Shown in pieces: positions 1 to 9,226 of a stretch of DNA of 62,011 nucleotides. Origin of the DNA: an uncultured virus (IMG/VR IMGVR_UViG_3300017732_000001) (Duplodnaviria > Heunggongvirae > Uroviricota > Caudoviricetes); the IMG/VR virus record IMGVR_UViG_3300017732_000001, one strand, 5' to 3'. The notes beneath the pieces are model-generated. The model worked only from the letters and a program-made list of their open reading frames with translations. It did no database searches and was not told where the DNA came from. Both the position numbers and the translations under genes were made by a program. How positions within the stretch are numbered: position 1 is the first letter of the stretch; each line of letters begins with the position of its first letter.

Positions 1-774
1 GAAGCGCACCAGTACAAAGCGAAGTCGCTGACAGGTATTCTTAATAAGTGCCACAATGCCAAGTACAGATATGGTCTGACTGGTACGTTGGATGGTATGC
101 AATGCCATCAACTTCAACTGGAAGGTCTGTTCGGTAAAGTTAATAATGCTATACGCACAAAAGATTTGCAGAAGAAAGGACATCTGACTGAACTCAAGAT
201 TAATGTACTGCTGTGTAAACACGATTATATTGGTTTCGATTCTTACTTTGATGAAATAGATTATATCATATCCCACGAGAAAAGGAATAATATTATTACT
301 GGTCTTGCTAGAGACTTGGTTGGTAACACTCTAATTCTATTCAACTACGTGGAGAAGCACGGAGAACCTCTTTACGAAATGATAAATAGTAAAGCAGGGG
401 ATAAACATATATTTTTTATCCACGGCAAAGTTCCCACTGAGGAACGAGAAGAGGCACGCCAGATCTGTGAGGACACGGACAATGCAATTATTCTTGCATC
501 GTATGGGACGTTCTCAACTGGTATCAATATAAAAAACTTACACAATGTGATATTTGCTTCCCCATCCAAGTCTAAGATTCGCAATCTCCAGTCTATTGGT
601 AGGGCACTACGGAAGCACGACTCAAAGAGTCAGGCAACACTATATGATTTTGCCGATGATATTAGCAATGGTTTTCGTATGAATGCAACGTTGAACCATT
701 TAGTTGAACGCATCCGTCAGTACAAGGATGAAAAGTTTGAATACTCAATTACTAAAATCAAATTAGGAAACTAG
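1..774 (+). CDS. uvsW: UvsW SF2 DNA helicase, 5'-truncated
   Basis: Frame is open from base 1 (EAHQYKAK, end of DEAH box). Contains TGT, ASYGTFSTGINI and QSIGRALR helicase motifs; T4-like synteny before gp55. Confidence 0.93.
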   Translation, partial: EAHQYKAKSLTGILNKCHNAKYRYGLTGTLDGMQCHQLQLEGLFGKVNNAIRTKDLQKKGHLTELKINVLLCKHDYIGFDSYFDEIDYIISHEKRNNIITGLARDLVGNTLILFNYVEKHGEPLYEMINSKAGDKHIFFIHGKVPTEEREEARQICEDTDNAIILASYGTFSTGINIKNLHNVIFASPSKSKIRNLQSIGRALRKHDSKSQATLYDFADDISNGFRMNATLNHLVERIRQYKDEKFEYSITKIKLGN

Positions 775-775
775 T

Positions 776-1213
776 ATGTCTCTAAATTACATCAAACCCG
801 ACGAAGAATTCTACGGATGTATTAAACTTACATCTGGAGAGGAACTTCTTGGCAGAGTTGTTGTAGTAGAAGAGCATAAAGGTTTCTATTGTGCATTCAT
901 TCAAGACCCTGGCAAAGTGCACAGCACTGAGAAGATGATTGAAGATAAGAGAGCAGTAGCAGTAGGACTCAAGAGGTGGATGGTCTTCTCTGATGAAGAC
1001 TTCTTTATTATTCCTGAAGAGAGGATTATTACGATCGCGCCGATGTCGTCGGACGCGGTTCTGATGTACAAATTCTTTTGTAAACAAGAGTTCAAAAAAC
1101 ATCCCGATGATGTCCCTGATTCGAGTATTGAACTGACTCAGGAAATGGGTCTCATCGGTGAAGTAGAAAAGATGAGAAAGAAATTAGAACAACTGTTTAA
1201 CGGTAATAGCTAA
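776..1213 (+). CDS. Conserved cyanophage hypothetical protein (possible Sm-like fold)
   Basis: IKLTSGEELLGRV N-terminus; usual position between uvsW and gp55. Confidence 0.7.
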   Translation: MSLNYIKPDEEFYGCIKLTSGEELLGRVVVVEEHKGFYCAFIQDPGKVHSTEKMIEDKRAVAVGLKRWMVFSDEDFFIIPEERIITIAPMSSDAVLMYKFFCKQEFKKHPDDVPDSSIELTQEMGLIGEVEKMRKKLEQLFNGNS

Positions 1214-1244
1214 GAGCTTATCCTTTGCAACCCCGACAGTGTTG

Positions 1245-1273
1245 ATCATAATTGTTTTAGAGAAGGATGTCAA
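1245..1273 (-). promoter_or_regulatory. Sigma70-type promoter on the minus strand, pointing antisense into the uvsW operon
   Basis: Minus strand reads TTGACA-N17-TATGAT. Confidence 0.5.
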
Positions 1274-1288
1274 GGGCATCAATAACCA

Positions 1289-1317
1289 TTGACCAGATCC
1301 CAGTTCTCTGCTACAAT
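1289..1317 (+). promoter_or_regulatory. Sigma70-type promoter for gp55
   Basis: TTGACC-N17-TACAAT with TG extension. Confidence 0.6.
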
Positions 1318-1340
1318 TACATTATGAAGTAACCAACACA

Positions 1341-1823
1341 ATGGCGTTAATGGCAGCACGGCGAACCAAAAACCAGCACTATGTAGATAACCAGAAATTT
1401 CTTGCTGCTATCGTTAAATACAGAGACCTGGTGGAAATTTCTAAAATCAAATCTAAACCCAAACCTAGAATTGATGAGTACATTGGAGAGTGCTTCCTAA
1501 AGATTGCTACTCACCTTTCATATAGACCAAACTTTATTAACTATATGTACAAGGAGGATATGATCTCAGATGGTATCGAGAATTGTGTTCAGTATATTGA
1601 CAACTTTGATCCTGCTAAAAGCAGGAATCCTTTTGCATATTTTACTCAAATCGTTTACTATGCATTCTTAAGAAGGATTGCTAAAGAGAAAAGACAGATG
1701 GATATTAAAGATAAAATTATTGAGAAGAGTGGATTCGATCAAGTATTCCATTCTGATGGAGACGGAGATACTGCACAACTTAATAGTATCAAGTCTCGTA
1801 TTGAAATGAACAATCGTTACTAA
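1341..1823 (+). CDS. gp55: Late-transcription sigma factor gp55
   Basis: HYVDN, YIGECFLKIATHLSYRPNF and NPFAYFTQIVYYAFLRRIAKEK signature. Confidence 0.95.
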   Translation: MALMAARRTKNQHYVDNQKFLAAIVKYRDLVEISKIKSKPKPRIDEYIGECFLKIATHLSYRPNFINYMYKEDMISDGIENCVQYIDNFDPAKSRNPFAYFTQIVYYAFLRRIAKEKRQMDIKDKIIEKSGFDQVFHSDGDGDTAQLNSIKSRIEMNNRY

Positions 1824-2494
1824 TGTTAATCGAACAACTTGCAACTGTCATTCGCTTAGCGATTGAAGGGTTGGATGCTGAACGAGTTGAATGTGATCAA
1901 GAAGAAATAGTTAATGGTAATCTTATCATAAAAAATGAGATATACAAATGCGAAGGTCTTCGTAAGTTACACCTCGAAGTAGCAAAGACAGATAAACTAG
2001 ATGTACTCCACTGTGTATTCTTTCCAGACTTTGAGTACCCGATACCTATCTTTGGTGCAGATATTATTGCAACACCTCAGACAGTAACTGCTGCGATTGT
2101 AGATGTATCACCTGTAAACGAATGTGGTAACATCTACGCTAGTATAGAACCGTTGTGTAACTCATATAATTTCACACATAAAAGACCATTACCACTATGG
2201 GGTGAGATCTTCTCTCCTTGGTGTAAGTTTCAAAGACTACATCTAGCAAGTGAGCAGAAGGATTTCATCAACTTGGTCAACAACATCCTTATGATATATT
2301 GTGATCACGTTAGGAATTCAAAGAAGGATGACAACTGGGTCAATAATATGTTAAGATTAGATGACCAGACTTGGTACTGTAAATCCCAGAAACAAAATAA
2401 GAAGACTCTCGCAGTTCTAAGTCAATGGTTTGACAGAGAGTTTGCAGAGAAATACATAAACGAAATGCTCTTCGACATTCCAAAACTTAAATGA
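1823..2494 (+). CDS. pcyA: Phycocyanobilin:ferredoxin oxidoreductase (ferredoxin-dependent bilin reductase)
   Basis: LRKLHLE, LHCVFFP, PIFGADII, AAIVDVSP, RPLPLWGEIFS and YCKSQKQNKKT match PcyA, including the catalytic Glu/His/Asp positions. Confidence 0.88.
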   Translation: MLIEQLATVIRLAIEGLDAERVECDQEEIVNGNLIIKNEIYKCEGLRKLHLEVAKTDKLDVLHCVFFPDFEYPIPIFGADIIATPQTVTAAIVDVSPVNECGNIYASIEPLCNSYNFTHKRPLPLWGEIFSPWCKFQRLHLASEQKDFINLVNNILMIYCDHVRNSKKDDNWVNNMLRLDDQTWYCKSQKQNKKTLAVLSQWFDREFAEKYINEMLFDIPKLK

Positions 2495-2745
2495 AACTGA
2501 CACAAGAAATGATCGACAAGATCCAAGACTTATTGAACCACACCAAAAAGGATGGTACAATGAACTGGGTTGACGGTGATGACATCACGATCAGTTTAGC
2601 AGGAACGTTCGCTGCTGATAGATTTATCGTTATCGGAAACGAATCTAAAAAACCTTGGGTACCTTCAGAACCACACCCTTACTACGACTACGAAAAAAAG
2701 GAATTTATTAAACCAACCAAAGATGAAAGTTCTTCTGATAACTGA
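2491..2745 (+). CDS. Hypothetical protein
   Basis: ATGA-coupled to pcyA; plausible composition. Confidence 0.65.
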   Translation: MKLTQEMIDKIQDLLNHTKKDGTMNWVDGDDITISLAGTFAADRFIVIGNESKKPWVPSEPHPYYDYEKKEFIKPTKDESSSDN

Positions 2746-3769
2746 TCAACACTTCGGTGTTCGTAATGACCACCCTGTCTTCATTGAGAAGTACAGAGAG
2801 TTCTATACGAATACTGTGATCCCTTATATTAAGAAGCATAAAATCAAAACAGTATTTTGTTTAGGTGATACCTTTGATAAGCGTAAGTCAATCAACTTTG
2901 CATCTCTAGATGCTGCAAAGGAAATGTGGTTTGATCCGCTTCAAGAGATGGGTGTCAAGATGATTATGCTTATCGGTAATCACGACATCTATTATAAGAA
3001 TACTCTACGTGTGAATGCGCCTGATCATCTACTAGGCGAGTACGATAATATTACTATCATTGAGTCACCAACAGAATTAAAATTTGGTGAGAAGAAAATT
3101 CTATTTTTGCCTTGGATTTGTCCTGACAATAAAGATACTGTTGATGACGTTATTGATAAGTCCACTGCTGACATTCTCCTTGGACACCTAGAACTATCTG
3201 GGTTTGAAGCAGTTCCAGGTCACATAATGGAGCACGGAGAAAATCCTGAGAGGTATGGTAAGTTCCCACTAGTGTGTACTGGTCATTACCATATGAAATC
3301 TAGACAAAACAATATTCAATATCTCGGAAACCCGTACCATCTTTACTGGAATGATTACGGTCAGGATCGTGGATTCCACGTACTAAATACTGATACATTA
3401 AACTTAACATTCGTTAAAAATCCATACGATATATTCTGCAAATTATACTACGATGATTCTAGAAACGATTACGATGATATTCCTGACCTCTCCGAACTCA
3501 AAGGAGCATTCGTCAAACTAATCGTTCAGAACAGATCTAATCAGAAATGGTTTGATCGTATGATTAAAGCAATTCAACAGGCAGATGTGGCAGATCTAAA
3601 AATCATTGAGGATCTTACACTAGATGCACCCGAGATTAAAGAAGACGTGAAGATGGAAGATACAATGAGTATCCTTGAGACTTACGTTATGGACTTGGAG
3701 GAATCTGTTGACAAGAAAAATGTCGTTAACATTCTGAAGTCCTTATACGTGGAGAGTCTAAACCTATAA
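2723..3769 (+). CDS. gp47: Recombination endonuclease subunit gp47 (Mre11/SbcD-like)
   Basis: Metallophosphoesterase motifs DQHFG, GDTFD, GNHD and GHYH. Confidence 0.95.
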   Translation: MKVLLITDQHFGVRNDHPVFIEKYREFYTNTVIPYIKKHKIKTVFCLGDTFDKRKSINFASLDAAKEMWFDPLQEMGVKMIMLIGNHDIYYKNTLRVNAPDHLLGEYDNITIIESPTELKFGEKKILFLPWICPDNKDTVDDVIDKSTADILLGHLELSGFEAVPGHIMEHGENPERYGKFPLVCTGHYHMKSRQNNIQYLGNPYHLYWNDYGQDRGFHVLNTDTLNLTFVKNPYDIFCKLYYDDSRNDYDDIPDLSELKGAFVKLIVQNRSNQKWFDRMIKAIQQADVADLKIIEDLTLDAPEIKEDVKMEDTMSILETYVMDLEESVDKKNVVNILKSLYVESLNL

Positions 3770-4053
3770 TGTATATCCTTGTTGATAATTCTAACGGAGG
3801 GGTGTATGCTGTAAACAAAGCAGATCCCGATAATCCAGATGCTAAGGAACCACTTACCAAAGCAGTACAGATTTTCATTGACAAGGATGATGCTGTGCGC
3901 TATAATTTAATGCTAGAGGCAAACGATTACAAACGTAAACTAGATGTCCTTGAGGTCGATTTCGATCTCGTAGTACATAATTGCCTAGCGCATCGCTACG
4001 ACTATGTTGTAGTAAAACCTGATCAAGTGGTGGTACCTCCAGATTTTCAATGA
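3769..4053 (+). CDS. Hypothetical protein conserved between gp47 and gp46
   Basis: Translationally coupled on both sides; ends in VVVPP. Confidence 0.7.
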   Translation: MYILVDNSNGGVYAVNKADPDNPDAKEPLTKAVQIFIDKDDAVRYNLMLEANDYKRKLDVLEVDFDLVVHNCLAHRYDYVVVKPDQVVVPPDFQ

Positions 4054-5768
4054 TTATTTTTGAGAAACTTAGATGGCGAAATTTTTTATCAACTGGCAAC
4101 AACTTTACCGAACTGGATCTAATTGATACTGGATCAACTCTTGTTGTAGGTAACAATGGTGCAGGCAAGTCCACAATGTTGGATGCTTTGTGCTTTGGAT
4201 TATTCAATAGACCTTTCCGAAAGGTGTCCAAGTCTCAGTTGGTAAATACTATTAATGAAAGAGATACCCTCGTTGAAATTGATTTTAGTATTGGTTCTGT
4301 TTCATACAAAGTAGTACGAGGGATGAAACCCAATGTATTTGAAATTTGGAGGAATGGCGAACTCGTTGATCAAGACGCTGCGAATCGAGACTATCAAAAA
4401 TACTTGGAACAATCGATACTTAAACTTAACTTCAAGTCTTTCACTCAAGTGGTTATACTTGGAAGTTCTACTTTTGTTCCTTTTATGCAGTTATCTGCTC
4501 CGCATCGAAGAGAGGTTATCGAAGATCTACTGGACATTCAGATCTTTTCGCAAATGAATATGCTCCTCAAGGAGCGTATGAAAGATAACAGAGAACAACT
4601 CAAAGAGTGTGAGCATCAGTTACAACTTGCAGAACAAGCAATTAATTCTCAGAAGAGAACTGTTGATAAGTTATCAGCAGTAAATGATGAGCGTATCAAT
4701 AGACAGCAAGATAAATTTAAAGACAATGAAGATAGAATGTTGGTGATCAAAGAAGAGATCTCCATTGTGAACTCTCGTGTCATCGGACTCAAGTCTATGC
4801 AAGAAGAGTTGATGAAGCACGAGAGTATTTTGATGAAGCAAAATAAGATCAAATCTAAATTACAAGACAAAGGTAAGAAGTCTATCAAGGATAAAGAATT
4901 CTTTGAGAAGAACTCAACCTGTCCTACCTGCTCTCAGGATATTGAAGAATCGTTTAGAAATATGAAGGTTTCTATCTATTCGAAGAAGTACGAAGAGATG
5001 CGTGTTGCAGTATCTGAACTTGACACACAGATTGCAGATACTATAGAACTTTGTAAGAGCATTAAGAAAGATACAAATCAACTTACGGAAGATCAATTTG
5101 AGATTCGCCGTCTGTACAATGAAGAAAAGAATTTAATGAAAGAGAATAGTGAGATCTTATCTCACGTTCAGCGTCTAAATACATTACCTGACATCAAGAA
5201 AGAGAGAGAACAACTAGTTGTCTTCCAACAAACTTACGACGAGAAGGAAGAGTCTTGTTCTAAAGTTTCTAGAGAAACATTAGATTACAAACTAGTTGGT
5301 AACCTCCTTAAGGATGGTGGTATCAAGTCTAAAATTATTGCTAAGTATATCCCTATCATCAACCAGAGAATCAATAAGTATCTGGGTGAGATGGATACCT
5401 TCGTTAATTTTACCCTTGACGAAGAGTTTAGCGAGGTGATAAAATCTCGCCATCGCGACAAGTTCTCCTATGCCTCATTTTCTGAAGGCGAAAAGCAGAA
5501 GATTGATCTGTCATTATTATTTACTTGGAGACACGTTGCGAAACTCAAAAACTCTGTAGCGACAAACCTTCTCATCCTTGACGAAGTGTTTGATTCATCG
5601 CTAGATAACCAAGCAACAGATGAACTCTTAAAAATTCTTAAGAGTCTAGGTAGCGACACGAACTTCTTTGTGATCTCACATAAAGGTGAGGTGCTTGCAG
5701 ATAAGTTTGAGAAGCAAATTCGTTTTGAAAAAGTAAACGGGTTTAGTAAATCATTCATTTATGAGTAA
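4050..5768 (+). CDS. gp46: Recombination ATPase gp46 (Rad50/SbcC-like)
   Basis: Walker A GNNGAGKST, CPTC zinc hook, FSEGEK signature and LILDEVFD. Confidence 0.96.
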   Translation: MIIFEKLRWRNFLSTGNNFTELDLIDTGSTLVVGNNGAGKSTMLDALCFGLFNRPFRKVSKSQLVNTINERDTLVEIDFSIGSVSYKVVRGMKPNVFEIWRNGELVDQDAANRDYQKYLEQSILKLNFKSFTQVVILGSSTFVPFMQLSAPHRREVIEDLLDIQIFSQMNMLLKERMKDNREQLKECEHQLQLAEQAINSQKRTVDKLSAVNDERINRQQDKFKDNEDRMLVIKEEISIVNSRVIGLKSMQEELMKHESILMKQNKIKSKLQDKGKKSIKDKEFFEKNSTCPTCSQDIEESFRNMKVSIYSKKYEEMRVAVSELDTQIADTIELCKSIKKDTNQLTEDQFEIRRLYNEEKNLMKENSEILSHVQRLNTLPDIKKEREQLVVFQQTYDEKEESCSKVSRETLDYKLVGNLLKDGGIKSKIIAKYIPIINQRINKYLGEMDTFVNFTLDEEFSEVIKSRHRDKFSYASFSEGEKQKIDLSLLFTWRHVAKLKNSVATNLLILDEVFDSSLDNQATDELLKILKSLGSDTNFFVISHKGEVLADKFEKQIRFEKVNGFSKSFIYE

Positions 5769-6346
5769 TGTTTAGTCATCCTTTTTTTACTAGTAACAAT
5801 GGGTACAGTAAGCACGATGAATTTAAGTTTGATCTTCTGGATCACCGTGATGACATCTGTGTAGATACCAATATTTTTTATGGCACTGGGTACTCAACTA
5901 TTCATTCTAACTTTGAATATCATTTGGTGTATCCAAAGTTTGCAGATTGGGTTCTCTCGAACATCGAACCTTTTGATGAAGAACTCCAGATTGACAAGAT
6001 GTGGGTCAACGTCAATCCGAAAGGTGGGTTCCAAATGCGTCACAACCACGCAGATTGCGATATGGCAGGGACTTACTATGTCAAGGTCCCACCAGGTGAC
6101 ACTGGGGACATATATTTCTATCATCCCTCACACTCTGTCGAAACGTTAAATAGAATACAACCTTATTGGGCATACACACATTGTCAAATCCCAAGAGAGC
6201 GTGACTTATACTTCTGGCCAGGTTATAATGATCACGAAGTCCGACAAAATTATGAAAACCAAGAACGATGGAGCATCAGTTTTACTCTAAAGATACCTCA
6301 GAAAGTCCGAGAAGTAAGATTTCCCAATTTACCCAGGACTTCTTAG
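5768..6346 (+). CDS. 2OG-Fe(II) oxygenase (HxH type)
   Basis: WVNVN..HNH..GTYYV..FWPGYNDHEV..RWSISF. Confidence 0.8.
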   Translation: MFSHPFFTSNNGYSKHDEFKFDLLDHRDDICVDTNIFYGTGYSTIHSNFEYHLVYPKFADWVLSNIEPFDEELQIDKMWVNVNPKGGFQMRHNHADCDMAGTYYVKVPPGDTGDIYFYHPSHSVETLNRIQPYWAYTHCQIPRERDLYFWPGYNDHEVRQNYENQERWSISFTLKIPQKVREVRFPNLPRTS

Positions 6347-6351
6347 ACCCA

Positions 6352-6903
6352 TTGAAAACTTCTAGGGTTGAATTATTTCCTACCACAATCTATGTGTTTA
6401 ATCATAATAACTCTATGATTACAGATGAAATAAACTCACTACCAGACGACCCCGAGATCCTATCTCACTTATCCCCAGGTGCAAAACGTTCTATCGTTGA
6501 AGGATCGCACAATGGTATGTACGGTCTACAGTTATTCAAACGATATGATATGCCAGAGTTTGAAAGATTTATTATGCATTCCTTAGAACAAGTTTATACT
6601 GAGGCACAAATTTTTCAAAGTTGGATAAATAAATTACCTAAGGGTAGCAGTCAGGCAGTTCATACTCACGCTAACTCTGTTGTATCTGGAGTATATTATC
6701 ACGAGACCACAGCAAATATGGGTGGAATCGTTTTTATGAATCCAAATCCATACTCTAAGATGGCAATGTGGGGTACAGAAGAAGGTAGATTTTTCCCCTG
6801 TACACCTAACACACTAGTATTATTCCCATCTTGGTTGGAGCACAAAACATCAGAGAACCGATCAGATCATCCACGAGTATCGATAGCATTCAACGCAAAG
6901 TAG
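6352..6903 (+). CDS. 2OG-Fe(II) oxygenase (HxH type); TTG start inferred, ORF is open from 6268
   Basis: SWIN..HTH..SGVYY..LFPSWLEH..RVSIAFN. Confidence 0.8.
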   Translation: MKTSRVELFPTTIYVFNHNNSMITDEINSLPDDPEILSHLSPGAKRSIVEGSHNGMYGLQLFKRYDMPEFERFIMHSLEQVYTEAQIFQSWINKLPKGSSQAVHTHANSVVSGVYYHETTANMGGIVFMNPNPYSKMAMWGTEEGRFFPCTPNTLVLFPSWLEHKTSENRSDHPRVSIAFNAK

Positions 6904-6958
6904 ACAGTTGACAAACTGGCACACTAACCCTTCCATTCGCTTGGAGGGGTTTTATAAT
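6903..6958 (+). promoter_or_regulatory. Early-type promoter with an upstream imperfect inverted-repeat motif and a stem-loop
   Basis: GACAGTT-N4-AACTGGCAC, hairpin CCCTTCCA/TGGAGGGG, and TATAAT at 6953-6958. Confidence 0.6.
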
Positions 6959-6980
6959 ATGTACATAGACACGGAAACAA

Positions 6981-9146
6981 ATGACAGTAAACACAGGAGT
7001 CAAAGGTACACTTGCTAAGTTGCTCGCAACTGAAGACCTTATAATCGAGCACAAGAAATGTGAGACAGCATCATTTGATGTCAAGCGTAGAGTTCTAACT
7101 CTTCCTCAGTGGGAGAAAGCAACTGAGCAGGTTTATGATCTACTTGTAGCACACGAAGTAGGACACGCACTTTACACTCCTGCTGACTGGAATGCAGATC
7201 AGTTCAAATGTCCTCAGTCATACGTCAACGTGACAGAAGATGCACGTATCGAGAAGATGATGAAGAGACGCTATCAAGGTCTACCAAAAACTTTCTACAG
7301 AGGATACAGAGATCTAGATGCTCAAGACTTCTTCCAAGCATCTGAAGCATACAAACTAAACCTTATCGATCGTATCAACCTTCACTTCAAGATCGGTAAC
7401 TTCAGAAACATTCCTTTCTCTGCTGAAGAGCAAGTATTTGTAGATGAGACTGGTAACGCAGAGACTTTCCAAGAAGCGTGTGACGTTGCTCTTAAGGTAT
7501 TCAAGTATATGAAGGAGACTCTTGAAGAGCAGCAGACACAGGAAGTTCCAGTTCCTAAGGGTGCACCTCAAGGTGGTGGACAAGGTGAGATGATTCCATC
7601 TGATGAAAAGACTGATGGTCCTGCTGATCAGGAAAAGTTCCAAGAGGACGTAAACCCTGATGCAGACATTGACAATCCATCCTTTGAGCAAGGTCAACCA
7701 GAACCAACTGATGATCAGCAATCCAACGGACAAGAAGGTACAGATACTAAAGATCCTCTAGAGTCAATCACCGATCAACAGTTCCAAGATGCAGTCAAGG
7801 ATCTTGTTGAGAATACATATGACTCCGAGTACATTGAGATCCCTACTGTCGATACTAAAAAATTAGTTATCGGTTGGGAGAAACTTGTAAACCACTCTGA
7901 GTCCTTCTGGGCAGGTGCCAATAGTGAGCACGAGAAAGAAGAACTTGACAAGTCTGTAGTTGAGTACAATGAGTTCATCAAAAAGTCTCAGAAAGAAATC
8001 AACTATCTTATCAAAGAGTTTGAGTGCAGAAAAGCAGCAGACTCCTATGCACGTTCACTTACATCTAAGACTGGTGTTCTAAACACAACTGTATTACACC
8101 AGTACAAGTACAACGATGACATCTTCAAGAGAGTAACAGTTATACCTGATGGTAAGAACCACGGTATGATCTTCCTTCTTGACTGGTCAGGTTCTATGTC
8201 AAACTGCCTGTTTGATACTGCCAAGCAAGTCCTACAACTTGCACACTTCTGCAGAAAGATCAACATCCCATTCCGTTGCTATGCATTCACCTACGCTTGG
8301 AATGCATTCTACAATCAGGAACAACCCGAAGATGAACGTTTTGAACCAAAGTACGGTAACATCTCATTCTCTAACGGATTCTGTCTTGTAGAAATGCTTT
8401 CTTCTGAAGCAAAGAAAAAGAAAGACTTCGATCGTTCTTGCTTGACATTCTGGAGAAACGTTGCATCTAACTGCAGCGACAGAGGACACTGGTATGGTCG
8501 TCACTACGGTTTCAACCACGCTCCAGGTCTAGGTCTCAGTGGTACACCTCTTCTTGAGTCTATCTCTGCTATGCACTCCATCATCCCTCAGTTCAAGAAA
8601 GAGACTGGTGCTCAGAAAGTATCTCTTTCAATCTTGACTGACGGTGAGTCTGGTCCTGCATCCTACTTCTGTGAGCGTAGCGGTCTCTTCTCAGGTAGGT
8701 TGTTTGAGAATGCATACGGACGTAGGTGTCAACTTCGCGATCGTAAACTTGGTAAGATCTATCAGAAAGAAGATAATCCTTCATATCAAGTAAACATCTT
8801 CCTTCAGAATCTTAAGGAGAAGTTCCCTGAGGTAACAACTATCGGATTCCGTCTGGTTAACTCACGTGATGCAGCAGGTTACCTCCGTCAACTTGGGTAT
8901 ATGAATGCCCTCAAGAGAGTTGACCTTGCTCACGCTAAGTTCCGTAAGGACAAGTTTGTAGAGATCACAGAGTCTGAGTATGATGTACTCTACGTTATGC
9001 CTACAAACACACTAGAAGATAGTGAGTCAATCGAAGTCGAGGACGGTGCTGAAATCAAAGAGATCCGTGCTGCCTTCAAGAAACTTTACAAAGGTAAGGG
9101 GAGCAATAAGAAGATGCTCTCATCCCTAAGTAAGACAATCGCATAA
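6981..9146 (+). CDS. Metallopeptidase-domain plus VWA-domain protein (CobT-like partner of the MoxR ATPase)
   Basis: HEVGH and EDARIE; acidic linker; MIDAS motifs DWSGS, GTPL and TDGE. Confidence 0.85.
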   Translation: MTVNTGVKGTLAKLLATEDLIIEHKKCETASFDVKRRVLTLPQWEKATEQVYDLLVAHEVGHALYTPADWNADQFKCPQSYVNVTEDARIEKMMKRRYQGLPKTFYRGYRDLDAQDFFQASEAYKLNLIDRINLHFKIGNFRNIPFSAEEQVFVDETGNAETFQEACDVALKVFKYMKETLEEQQTQEVPVPKGAPQGGGQGEMIPSDEKTDGPADQEKFQEDVNPDADIDNPSFEQGQPEPTDDQQSNGQEGTDTKDPLESITDQQFQDAVKDLVENTYDSEYIEIPTVDTKKLVIGWEKLVNHSESFWAGANSEHEKEELDKSVVEYNEFIKKSQKEINYLIKEFECRKAADSYARSLTSKTGVLNTTVLHQYKYNDDIFKRVTVIPDGKNHGMIFLLDWSGSMSNCLFDTAKQVLQLAHFCRKINIPFRCYAFTYAWNAFYNQEQPEDERFEPKYGNISFSNGFCLVEMLSSEAKKKKDFDRSCLTFWRNVASNCSDRGHWYGRHYGFNHAPGLGLSGTPLLESISAMHSIIPQFKKETGAQKVSLSILTDGESGPASYFCERSGLFSGRLFENAYGRRCQLRDRKLGKIYQKEDNPSYQVNIFLQNLKEKFPEVTTIGFRLVNSRDAAGYLRQLGYMNALKRVDLAHAKFRKDKFVEITESEYDVLYVMPTNTLEDSESIEVEDGAEIKEIRAAFKKLYKGKGSNKKMLSSLSKTIA

Positions 9147-9189
9147 GTGGCACACTGCCATACCATCTGTGCCACAGATGCACTATACT
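9134..9189 (+). promoter_or_regulatory. Early-type promoter with the same upstream motif
   Basis: GACAATC-N4-AAGTGGCAC, then TATACT 30 nt downstream. Confidence 0.5.
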
Positions 9190-9226
9190 TAATTCATAGC
9201 AAACAAATCAAACACACATTAAACAA

